DNA of 64,000 bases from the NCBI GenBank assembly GCA_903953565.1, contig CAJBKE010000017.1, positions 8,012-72,011 of the forward strand, given 5' to 3'. Below, piece after piece: positions 53,568-64,000 of the stretch. The notes below the pieces were generated by a model that worked only from the letters and a program-made list of their open reading frames with translations, had not been told where the DNA came from and searched no databases. How positions within the stretch are numbered: position 1 is the first letter of the stretch; every line of letters begins with the position of its first letter. Source of the DNA: an uncultured Verrucomicrobiota bacterium. GTDB taxonomy: Bacteria; Verrucomicrobiota; Verrucomicrobiia; Chthoniobacterales; JACTMZ01. The translations under genes were made by a program, and so were the position numbers.

Positions 53568-55163
53568 CTAAGGCGAAACCCGGCTGCCGCGCAACCGTTT
53601 CGCCGATTCGGTGGCGAGACCTTCTTTGATCTGCACAGCCAACCGCGCCCCGATACCCTGCACCGCGGCAATCTCGTCCGCATCGGCGCCGCGCAACCGC
53701 TCGACCGATCCGAAAACACGCAAGAGCGCCTGCTTGCGGGATTTATTGATACCCTCGATGTCGTCCAACCGGCTCTCGGACACGCGCCGCTTCATGAGCA
53801 ACTGGTGATAGCCGTTGGCCACCCGGTGCGCCTCGTCGCGGATCCGCTGGAGCAATTGCAACGCACCGCTCTCGTGCGGCAGGCGCAGGGGCTGCGGGTC
53901 GTTCGGAAAATAAATCTCCTCCCGCTCCTTGGCCAAACCAATGACCGGCTGACCGCGCAGTCCGAGCCGACGCAGTTCCCCGACCGCACTGGAAAGCTGG
54001 CCGCGTCCGCCGTCGACGATGATCAGATCCGGAATGCGGTCCGCGACCGGCATGGGCAAGCGGGCCAAAGCCTCTCCGGCCTCCTCCTGCGAAAATTCCG
54101 CCTCTTCCGGATGCGCCGCCCGCGCAGCCGCGAGCAGACGCGCGTAACGACGGCGCACCACCTCGGCCATGCTGGCGAAATCATCCTGCCCCTGCACTGT
54201 CTTGATGCGGTAGCGACGGTAACTGGACCGCGCCGGCAAGCCGTTCTCGAACCGCACCATCGAGGCCACGACATGGGTATTTGTGATATTCGAAATGTCG
54301 AAACATTCCATGAGCACCGGCGGACGCGGCAGACCCAACTCCTCGCCCAACGCGCGCAGATCGGCCTCGGGATCCTTGGCCCGCGGCAAGGCGTCTCCGC
54401 GTAAAAACCGACGCGATCGCGCAGCCGTGCGACGCAAGGCCGTGATCAAGTCGCGCAAAGCCGCCGCTTTCTCGAAATCATGTTTCGCCGCCGCAGCCTG
54501 CATCTCGTGCTCGAGCTCTTCGGGGACGTCCTTGCTCCTTCCCTCGAGGAAGGCGCACGCTTCGAGCACGCGCGCGCGGTAGTCCGCTTCGCTGATTTTT
54601 CCGACGCACGGTGCCGAGCAATTCTTGATGATATCGTCGTGGCAATGACGGTAGTCCTTTTCCGTCGGCACACGCGGACGGCAGGAACGCAGGCCGTATT
54701 TGCGTTTGAGAATTTCCAGGGTGGAGCGCAGTGCGCCGGAATGCGCATAGGGCCCGTAGTAGCGAGCGCCGTCATTCTTTTTCAGCCGCACGAGCGTGAA
54801 CTTCGGAAACGGATCGTCAATATTGACCTTCAGCTGGAGGAAATTTTTGTCGTCGCGGAACGAGATGTTGTATTTGGGCCGGTATTCTTTGATCAGCCGC
54901 CCCTCGAGCAACACAGCCTCGGCGTCCGAGCGGACCACGTGCAGGGTGAAGTCCCACACCGAGTCGAGCAGGGCCCGCGTCTTGAGATCGGCCAACCGCG
55001 ACCGCGCCGGCGTGAAATAATGGGCCAGACGTTTGCGCAGGTCGCGCGCTTTGCCCACGTAGATGACCCGGTGCAGACGGTCCCGCATCAGATAGACCCC
55101 GGGCTTGTGCGGCACCTCATGGAGGCGTGCGCGCAGATCGGGTCGCTCTTTCGCGGCGGACAT
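53568..55163 (-). CDS. uvrC: excinuclease ABC subunit C
   Basis: Start preferred at ATG 55163 (MSAAKERPDLRARLHEVPHKPGVYLMRDRLHRVIYVGKARDLRKRLAHYF, a GIY-YIG domain). The C-terminal helix-hairpin-helix is IEGINKSRKQALLRVFGSVERL. Confidence 0.92.
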   Translation of the reverse strand: MSAAKERPDLRARLHEVPHKPGVYLMRDRLHRVIYVGKARDLRKRLAHYFTPARSRLADLKTRALLDSVWDFTLHVVRSDAEAVLLEGRLIKEYRPKYNISFRDDKNFLQLKVNIDDPFPKFTLVRLKKNDGARYYGPYAHSGALRSTLEILKRKYGLRSCRPRVPTEKDYRHCHDDIIKNCSAPCVGKISEADYRARVLEACAFLEGRSKDVPEELEHEMQAAAAKHDFEKAAALRDLITALRRTAARSRRFLRGDALPRAKDPEADLRALGEELGLPRPPVLMECFDISNITNTHVVASMVRFENGLPARSSYRRYRIKTVQGQDDFASMAEVVRRRYARLLAAARAAHPEEAEFSQEEAGEALARLPMPVADRIPDLIIVDGGRGQLSSAVGELRRLGLRGQPVIGLAKEREEIYFPNDPQPLRLPHESGALQLLQRIRDEAHRVANGYHQLLMKRRVSESRLDDIEGINKSRKQALLRVFGSVERLRGADADEIAAVQGIGARLAVQIKEGLATESAKRLRGSRVSP

Positions 55164-55234
55164 CGCCCCATTATACCTCCACCGACTCCTCCCGCCATCC
55201 TTGCATCGGGCCAATGGCGCGCTAACCTCCCGCC

Positions 55235-55957
55235 GTGAACATTTCCCCGGTCGCGTCCGTGATCTTCATGACCGCCGCCACGGCGCAGGCGCAAGAAGCG
55301 ATGACGCCCATCCAGACGGAAACAAGCCTTTGGCAAGTTCTCCTCTCGGGCGGTCCGGTTATGATCCCGCTGGGAATTTTGTCGGTGATCGGCGTGATGC
55401 TGGTCCTAGTTTACCTCTTCACCATGCGACGCGGTGCGGTCGTAACCAAGCGCTACATGACCACGGCCGATGCGCTCCTGCGCAAGCGCGATTACCTCGG
55501 CCTGCTCGCTATCTCCAACCGGCACCGCGAAGCCGTGGCCCGCATCATGCAGCGCACGCTCGATTTCATCACCCAGCACCCCGAAGCCACCTTCGCCGAG
55601 GCCCGCGAAATCGCGGAAACGGAAGGCACACGCCAAGCCGCCGCCCTCAACCAGCGCATCACTTACCTCGCGGATATCGGAACGATCGCACCGATGCTCG
55701 GACTCTTCGGCACCGTGCTCGGCATGATCAAATCATTCAGCGTCGTGGCCAGCGACATTGTCTCCTCTCGCCCGATGATGTTGGCCGGGGGCGTCTCGGA
55801 GGCCCTGGTCACCACCGCCGCGGGACTTTGCATCGGCATTCCCGCCATGGCGGCGTATGCGTTTTTCCGCGGACGCGTTCAGTCTCTCATTGCCGAGTTG
55901 GAGGCCGCCTCGACCCAGCTGATCGCGCTGATGGCGGTCGCTTTCACCCGCAAATAG
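55235..55957 (+). CDS. MotA/TolQ/ExbB-family proton channel protein
   Basis: 240 aa with a GTG start. Motifs are LGLFGTVLGMIKSF and MLAGGVSEALVTTAAGLCIGIPAM. No ExbD/TolR-like gene follows. Confidence 0.85.
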   Translation: MNISPVASVIFMTAATAQAQEAMTPIQTETSLWQVLLSGGPVMIPLGILSVIGVMLVLVYLFTMRRGAVVTKRYMTTADALLRKRDYLGLLAISNRHREAVARIMQRTLDFITQHPEATFAEAREIAETEGTRQAAALNQRITYLADIGTIAPMLGLFGTVLGMIKSFSVVASDIVSSRPMMLAGGVSEALVTTAAGLCIGIPAMAAYAFFRGRVQSLIAELEAASTQLIALMAVAFTRK

Positions 55958-56016
55958 GACGCCCCACGGCGATCATTTTTAGTGCCATCCGGCGGAGCCG
56001 CCGCTATGAGTAATTC

Positions 56017-56454
56017 GTGCGCTGGAACCCCCTTATCGTTGTTGCCTGTGTCGGTCTGACCGCTTGTGCCACGCCGGAAAATCGTCGTGAGCTCTACGGG
56101 CCCTGGTATCCCTACAAACCGATCCCTTACACCACGCCGCCCCGCGATTCGAACGAGCGCGTCATCCAGCCGGTCGTTGCGCCCCGGGACAACATCGTCC
56201 ACTACGGACCCGACCAACGTCGCCTTATTGTCGGCACGTGGGGCGGAGGGGGCAAACGTCCCAGCATGCGATACCCGAGCACGCCTTGGAGTATGGAGAG
56301 GCGTATTATCAGCCGCTACAACACCAAGGGTCTGAGCGCCCAGGAAATCGCGGAACGCGATAAGCAGCGCGCGCTCAAAGCTGCCGGAGAAATGCCGCCG
56401 CCTGAGCAAGGGCCCGGCCCCGATGGCTACAAGAGTGTTTCTGCTGGGACGTGA
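56017..56454 (+). CDS. hypothetical lipoprotein
   Basis: 145 aa with a GTG start and lipobox VGLTAC. Its 3' end overlaps the convergent rdgB 3' end by 80 nt, which lowers confidence. Confidence 0.45.
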   Translation: MRWNPLIVVACVGLTACATPENRRELYGPWYPYKPIPYTTPPRDSNERVIQPVVAPRDNIVHYGPDQRRLIVGTWGGGGKRPSMRYPSTPWSMERRIISRYNTKGLSAQEIAERDKQRALKAAGEMPPPEQGPGPDGYKSVSAGT

Positions 56455-56977
56455 ATTCGGCGAACGTCCGGCAACTTCCTTCCGGAATAAAAAGCGAATC
56501 GTAACCGAATCCGCCGGACCCGCGTTCCGCCGGTGTGATAAATCCTTCGACGGATCCGGAAAACGTCCGAACGACTTCCCCGTCTTTGGCCAAAGCCAAC
56601 ACGCAGCGGAACCGCCCACGCCGTTCTTGACCACGCACCTCGCGCAACTTCTCGAGCAACAGCGCGCGGTTGGCCGCCATATCTGCATTGTCGCCGGCAA
56701 AGCGCGCTGACCTCACCCCCGGCGCGCCGCCCAGCGCGTCGACCTCCAGACCGGAATCGTCGGCCAGCACCCAACCCTCGTAATGCGGCGAGGCGGCCAG
56801 CGCCTTGAGTTTGGCGTTGTCTTCAAAGGTTTCTCCGGTTTCTTCCACCTCAGCCAGCCCGGGCAGCACAGACAGATCTTCGACGATCCAGCCGCCACCC
56901 AGAATTTCCCGCACCTCGCGCGTTTTGTGCGCGTTGCGCGTGGCCAGAAGCAGGCGTTGCTTTGACACGTCCGTCAT
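56375..56977 (-). CDS. rdgB: non-canonical purine NTP pyrophosphatase (RdgB/HAM1 family)
   Basis: Start at ATG 56977 ([22 protein letters not shown]). Motifs are [31 protein letters not shown] and SHRGRAL. The rest of track ORF 56375-58666 is antisense to leuS. Confidence 0.9.
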   Translation of the reverse strand: MTDVSKQRLLLATRNAHKTREVREILGGGWIVEDLSVLPGLAEVEETGETFEDNAKLKALAASPHYEGWVLADDSGLEVDALGGAPGVRSARFAGDNADMAANRALLLEKLREVRGQERRGRFRCVLALAKDGEVVRTFSGSVEGFITPAERGSGGFGYDSLFIPEGSCRTFAEFTSQQKHSCSHRGRALAQAAAFLRQL

Positions 56978-57007
56978 TCCCGGCAAAATGCGCGGTTCCG
57001 CAGTCCC

Positions 57008-59560
<2,553 letters not shown>

Positions 59561-59613
59561 AGCGCGCTTGCCAGGCGCAGCGCCGGGAAACTAATTTCTC
59601 GGCACCCCCCGCC

Positions 59614-60975
59614 ATGAAAAAAAGCGTCGCGGCCTTTGCCGCTTTTTGTGCCGTTCACGTTGCCCACGCCTACGAGAGCCGTTTCTGGGACTACTACACG
59701 CCTTACCCCAGCAACTTCATCGGTTCGGATGAATGGTGGCGCGGCGATGCTCTCACCGGCGACTGGTGGGGAGCACGCAACTGGATGGACAAGGACAAGG
59801 GCATCGAGTTCTCCGGCACTTACACCACGGATCTGGCCGGAAATCCGGTCGGCGGGATGGAACAAGGCTTCACTTACACCGACAACATCGCGTTCGGCGC
59901 GAAGCTCGATCTGGAAAAGTTGATCGGATGGAACGGGGCGACTTTCACCATCGCGGCGACCGACCGCAACGGCACGAGCCTCTCACAGAACTACATCGGC
60001 AACCAATTCACCGTGCAGCAGATTTTCGGCGGACAGACCATCATCCTCACCGGGCTTCACCTCACCCAGCGCCTGCTCGACGACAAAATGGAAATCAAAG
60101 TCGGACGCTTCTCCGCGGGCGACGATTTCGCCAGTTCGCCGCTCTATTGGCTCTACATGAACAACGGAATCGACGGCAACCCGCAGGCGCTTCCGGTCAA
60201 CGCCTCGTTCTCCGCCTACCCGTGGGCCAGCTGGGCCGCGCGCATACGCATCGAGCCATCGCCCGATTGGAACGCCATGTTCGGCCTCTACCAAGTCTCG
60301 AACAAAACCTTCAACCGCTACCTCCACGGTGTGAATTTTTCCTTCGAGCCGACCGATGGCGTCATGTTTCTCGGACAAGTCGGCTGGACGCCGGAATTTT
60401 TCCGCCGCCCGGTCAAACGCGTCGAAACCGAGCGCGAGGAAAACGAGGAATTGTCCGACACCGAGGAGGACACACATGGCCTGCCCGGCCACTACTGGTT
60501 CGGGGCCTACTACTCGACGTGGGAATACGCGCAGTTCGGCAGCACGCAGAGCGCGGCCAACGCCTACGGATTTTACTGGCACGCCGACCAGAAAATTTAC
60601 CAGGAGGTGCTGGGAAGCGATCAAGGCCTCACCCTATGGACTGCGTTCGTGCTCTCGCCGCAGGAGAACATCGCCAAGATCCCTTTCCAGTGGAACTGCG
60701 GCGTCGCGTATCAGGGAGTTGTCCCGCAGCGCGATCAAGACATCGCCATGTTCGGCTTGGCTTACGGCAGCTTCAGCGACGACTACGGCAACGCTGGCAA
60801 CGCTTACAATGGTGATCCCGTGAGTTACGAGATGGCCCTCGAGTGGGGCTACCGCGTTCAGTTCAACCGCTTCCTCTATGCCCAGCCGAATATCCAATAC
60901 ATCGTCCAACCCGGCGGCACAGGATCAATCCCCGATGCCTTCGTCCTCGGCTTGCAAATCGGCGTGACGTTTTGA
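59614..60975 (+). CDS. carbohydrate-selective porin, OprB family
   Basis: 453 aa with signal peptide MKKSVAAFAAFCAVHVAHA. LTGDWWGARNWMDKDKGIEFSGTYTTDLAGNPVGG is typical of the OprB N-terminal region. It ends in the beta-barrel terminal F. Confidence 0.8.
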   Translation: MKKSVAAFAAFCAVHVAHAYESRFWDYYTPYPSNFIGSDEWWRGDALTGDWWGARNWMDKDKGIEFSGTYTTDLAGNPVGGMEQGFTYTDNIAFGAKLDLEKLIGWNGATFTIAATDRNGTSLSQNYIGNQFTVQQIFGGQTIILTGLHLTQRLLDDKMEIKVGRFSAGDDFASSPLYWLYMNNGIDGNPQALPVNASFSAYPWASWAARIRIEPSPDWNAMFGLYQVSNKTFNRYLHGVNFSFEPTDGVMFLGQVGWTPEFFRRPVKRVETEREENEELSDTEEDTHGLPGHYWFGAYYSTWEYAQFGSTQSAANAYGFYWHADQKIYQEVLGSDQGLTLWTAFVLSPQENIAKIPFQWNCGVAYQGVVPQRDQDIAMFGLAYGSFSDDYGNAGNAYNGDPVSYEMALEWGYRVQFNRFLYAQPNIQYIVQPGGTGSIPDAFVLGLQIGVTF

Positions 60976-61051
60976 ACGTAATGGCATCAGCATCCTGCCG
61001 ATAATCGCCTTCCTTCACGGGCAGGATGTCCGTGCCACTTTTGCCGGAAGA

Positions 61052-62770
61052 TCAGCCGACGTAACGCCCCGTCTCGCGCATCGCCTGCTGGAGGCGCGCG
61101 ATTTTCTCCGGCCAATGTTTGTCCCAGTCGCGAACCGGCACGGGGAAACGATCGGTCCAGTTCTGATCCCCGATCGCTCCCGGCACATTGAATCGCTCGG
61201 CCGTGCCGAAAACGTCGGTGATCATGTTGACCGCCAACCACGAATTGCTCGCGAACAAACCGCGCAGCAATCCCTCATGGACCTCGTCGCTCCACGGAGC
61301 AGGCAACGGGACATTCATTTCGGCGAAACGGCAAATCTCCTGCATCTGACGCAAGGCGCGCCCCGCCCGGTCGTGGTCGCCCGATTGGGTCTCCGCATAC
61401 CATCCGTCCCAATAAACCCGCAGAGCCGGATGATCGTGCGTCGCGTAGGTCGCGAGCGACAGGCGCTCGTAATCGCGCCCCGGCGTCGGCCAACCGTCCG
61501 GCGCGATTTCCCAGAGCGGAATTTTGAAGCCGGGAATTTCCTGGGCCTGCAGGACCGGACGCACATACGGCGACATCTCGCCGAGATCCTCGGCGATAAG
61601 ACGATGCTGGCCGGTTTCTTCCACGATCATGCGGAACAGGCAGTCACCCTGAGCACGGTTTGTCTCGCGGCTTTCCTCGCTCGAATCATCACCGGGCACA
61701 AAGCGCGGCAGTTCGCCACCGGTGAGCGCCTTGGCTTCTTCCTCGCTGAGCGGGAGGAATTCGCCATTGCGCTCCGGACGCCAAGGGAAACTGTAGATGC
61801 GGAAAAATCCGAGCGCGTGGTCGACGCGCAGAAAATGGAAAATTTCCATCGTGGTGCGCAGGCGCTGACGCCACCACGCGTAGTCGTCCTTGGCCATCTC
61901 GCTCCAGTTGTAGAGGGGGAAACCCCAATTCTGCCCCCACTTCGCGGTGAATGGATCGGCCGCGAAAACTTTTTCCGGAGGCGCGCCCGCCGAACGCGTC
62001 AGGTCGAATATCTCCGGCTGCGCGAAAACATCCGCACTGAAAATACTCACCCCCACCGGCACGTCGCCGACCAGGGCGACATTGCGCTCGTCGCCGTATG
62101 TTTTCAATTCGGACCACTGGCGGTAAGCAATCCACTGCACGTAGGCGAAAAAATCGCGCAAGGCGCGCACCTTGCGTTTGTCGGCCGGCGAAGCGGAGGT
62201 CAGCCATTTTTTCGCCGCGTCATAGGTGCGCTGCTTTTTCGGCCAGAGATCGGTGTTCTCGTTCTCGCCGTGCAGCCGCACCAACGCACGGAAGAGCGTG
62301 TAGGGTTCGAGCCACGCGTCATTGGCTTTGGTCCACGTGGCGAACTCCTTGGCGCGGCGGGTCTTTTCCTTGAGATGCTTGGCTTTGAATGTCTTCCACG
62401 CCGCCTCGAGCAACTCGCCCTTCAACGCGCGCACGCCGCGATAATTCACTTTGCCCGTGCGCAAGGCGGCGACATCGTGCGCGGCGCAGATTTTTTTGAA
62501 GTCTGCCGCGGGCAAATCCTTCAAAGCCCCCGGATTCGTCGCGATGGTCGTCGGATCCAGCGCCAACGAACTGATGATATTGTAAGGACTGTTGTCGCCC
62601 CCCGTCTCGTTGATCGGCAACACCTGCACCAGGCCGAAACCGTGGGCCGAAGCCCAATCCACCAGTTCCTTGAGAGATTCCGTGTCGCCGATCCCGAGGT
62701 CATCGGCCGTGCGCAGGGCAAAGAGAGGAGCAAGGATTCCGGAGAGCTTTTGGTCAGGAGAAAGTTTCAT
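61052..62770 (-). CDS. malQ: 4-alpha-glucanotransferase (amylomaltase, GH77)
   Basis: Start at ATG 62770 (MKLSPDQKLSGILAPLFALRTADDLGIGDTESL). Motifs are LRVDHALGFFRIY, LIAEDLG and ATYATHDHP. Confidence 0.9.
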   Translation of the reverse strand: MKLSPDQKLSGILAPLFALRTADDLGIGDTESLKELVDWASAHGFGLVQVLPINETGGDNSPYNIISSLALDPTTIATNPGALKDLPAADFKKICAAHDVAALRTGKVNYRGVRALKGELLEAAWKTFKAKHLKEKTRRAKEFATWTKANDAWLEPYTLFRALVRLHGENENTDLWPKKQRTYDAAKKWLTSASPADKRKVRALRDFFAYVQWIAYRQWSELKTYGDERNVALVGDVPVGVSIFSADVFAQPEIFDLTRSAGAPPEKVFAADPFTAKWGQNWGFPLYNWSEMAKDDYAWWRQRLRTTMEIFHFLRVDHALGFFRIYSFPWRPERNGEFLPLSEEEAKALTGGELPRFVPGDDSSEESRETNRAQGDCLFRMIVEETGQHRLIAEDLGEMSPYVRPVLQAQEIPGFKIPLWEIAPDGWPTPGRDYERLSLATYATHDHPALRVYWDGWYAETQSGDHDRAGRALRQMQEICRFAEMNVPLPAPWSDEVHEGLLRGLFASNSWLAVNMITDVFGTAERFNVPGAIGDQNWTDRFPVPVRDWDKHWPEKIARLQQAMRETGRYVG

Positions 62771-62937
62771 AGAAAAGACCCGCCATCCTGCCTGTCCCCC
62801 ACCGCGGGGCGAAAGCCCAAAAGAGGGAGCGAAACAGAATTCGGTTTCGCCTATTGTTTCCTGCTTGCTTTGGGCTGGAGGGATACCTAAGAAGCTTAAA
62901 GCTTTAGTTCCCATCCACCTGCGACCAATTACCCATC

Positions 62938-63258
62938 ATGGCTAACCTCACCAAGCGCGACATGGTCGTGAAAATCAGCGAGGAAGTTGGTATCACCCAA
63001 CAGCAGGCCTTTGCCGTCATTCAGAAAACCCTCGAGCACATCACCGACAGCCTCGCCGAAGGCAACAATGTCGAACTGAGGAACTTCGGCGTCTTTGAGG
63101 TGCGCCTGACCAAATCCCGCGTCGGCCGCAACCCCAACAAGCCCGAAACCGACGTTGTCATCCCCGCCCGCGCCACGGTCAAATTCAAGCCCGGCAAAAT
63201 CATGCGCCAACGCGTCCTGCTTCGCACCGCGCAGCTCAGTAAAGCCGACGGTATCTAA
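62938..63258 (+). CDS. HU/IHF-family DNA-binding protein
   Basis: 106 aa, LTKRDMVVKISEEVGITQQQAFAVIQKTLEHITDSLAEGNNVELRNFGVFEVR...GRNPNKPETDVVIPARATVKFKPGK. Confidence 0.9.
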   Translation: MANLTKRDMVVKISEEVGITQQQAFAVIQKTLEHITDSLAEGNNVELRNFGVFEVRLTKSRVGRNPNKPETDVVIPARATVKFKPGKIMRQRVLLRTAQLSKADGI

Positions 63259-63277
63259 TCCTTTTTGTCCCGTCCGG

Positions 63278-63301
63278 TAGGGTCGGCTGGCCCAGCCGAC
63301 C
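63278..63301. repeat. REP-like hairpin family 2
   Basis: GTAGGGTCGGCTGGCCCAGCCGACC, lying between the HU/IHF gene and uvrA. Confidence 0.7.
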
Positions 63302-63414
63302 GCTGCCTCAATTCTCAGGCGAAATTCATCATTTGCTGCGTTGCCTGACGCACACTTTCCCCTATCCTGTCCGGTTCGCCGACGGCCACCCCGCCCCGCC
63401 GGCCAAACCCCGGC

Positions 63415-64000
63415 ATGTCCAACCGCAAGCGACCCGCGACCGACAGACAGACGCTCCGCATCCGCGGGGCTCGCCAGAACAACCTGCGCGGTGTCGACCT
63501 CGATCTTCCGCGCGGACTCCTCCACGTCATCACCGGCCCGAGCGGCTCGGGCAAATCCTCCCTCGCCTTCGACACGATCTATGCCGAAGGACAACGCCGC
63601 TACATCGAGACCTTCTCGCCCTACACGCGGCAATTCTTCGACCGCATGGACAAACCGCGCGTCGAATCGATCGAAGGCATCCCTCCAGCCATCGCCATCG
63701 AGCAGTCGAACAACGTCAAAACCACCCGCTCGACCGTCGGCACCATCACCGAGATCAACGATTACCTCAAACTCCTCTTCCCGCGCCTCGCCACGGCGTC
63801 TTGCCCTGAGTGTCATAAACCGATCCATCCCGAAACCGCCCGCAGCATCGTCCGCTCCGCCGCCGCACGCTTCGCCGGACGCCATCTTCTCGTCACCTTT
63901 CCGGTCGGCACCGGCGATGTCGAAAAACGCAGCTCCGCCCAATTTTTCGAATTCCTCCAACAACAAGGCTACCTCCGCGTCTGGATCGACGGGAAAATTC
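63415..64000 (+). CDS. uvrA: excinuclease ABC subunit A, N-terminal 195 aa (continues beyond the right edge)
   Basis: Absent from the ORF track because it has no stop in the window. ATG 63415 gives MSNRKRPATDRQTLRIRGARQNNLRGVDLDLPRGLLHVITGPSGSGKSSLAFDTIYAEGQRRYIETFSPYTRQF. The track ORF 62929-63966(-) is its antisense shadow. Confidence 0.93.
   Translation, partial: MSNRKRPATDRQTLRIRGARQNNLRGVDLDLPRGLLHVITGPSGSGKSSLAFDTIYAEGQRRYIETFSPYTRQFFDRMDKPRVESIEGIPPAIAIEQSNNVKTTRSTVGTITEINDYLKLLFPRLATASCPECHKPIHPETARSIVRSAAARFAGRHLLVTFPVGTGDVEKRSSAQFFEFLQQQGYLRVWIDGKI

Noticed and set aside
61115-62890. 591-aa plus-strand ORF
   Set aside because: Antisense shadow of malQ (GH77 motifs lie on the minus strand). 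R-rich composition.
62929-63966. 345-aa minus-strand ORF
   Set aside because: Antisense to the HU/IHF gene and to the edge-truncated uvrA, whose Walker A and conserved N-terminus are clear on the plus strand.

Overview
High-GC bacterial chromosomal window. The gene content (PEP-CTERM anchors, autotransporter-associated beta-strand repeats) and the repeat style suggest Verrucomicrobiota, Opitutaceae-like; this is inference only. I call about 58 protein genes. I saw no rRNA, tRNA, CRISPR array, transposase, integrase or phage genes. Layout: (i) 1-12.2 kb is an accessory surface-protein island. It holds two giant beta-strand-repeat proteins, one small PEP-CTERM protein, a ParE/RelE-type toxin-antitoxin pair and dense REP-like hairpins. 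One giant protein (>1,800 aa) is absent from the supplied ORF track because it runs off the left edge. Two of the surface-protein genes share a 120-180 nt conserved AT-rich leader. (ii) 12.3-18.7 kb is the F1Fo ATP synthase operon atpBEFHAGDC. (iii) Housekeeping follows: SSS symporter, nagZ, recQ, nadD-rsfS. (iv) 24.5-29.8 kb is a block of uncharacterised envelope or secreted proteins (DUF1311/LprI, DUF4424, TMEM43/DUF1625, transglutaminase-like). (v) A SahR-like ArsR-methyltransferase regulator sits divergent from metK-ahcY with a 34-bp palindrome between them. (vi) Next come an aldo/keto reductase, a tight GNAT-gabT-amidohydrolase-gabD operon, standalone rpsN, a Pro/Ala-rich tail-anchored protein, trxA, DUF72, an esterase, a PEP-CTERM protein, menA-menC, CIA30 and priA. 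After those come hicBA, yjbQ, a serine hydrolase, TPR, uvrC, an exbB-like gene, rdgB, leuS, an OprB porin, malQ, HU/IHF and partial uvrA. The most unusual unexplained signal is a 30-40 nt cassette of GTTGAGG heptamers found three times, always between two co-directional genes in the sense orientation. It carries an internal ATG whose mini-ORF ends in an ATGA overlap with the downstream start codon in two copies and is fused to the downstream ORF in the third. Other items are the shared leader with a variable poly-G tract, a nested palindromic MITE-like mosaic next to hicBA, and the SahR-type operator candidate. Everything was read by eye. Repeat coordinates may be off by a few nt, and no database search was possible.
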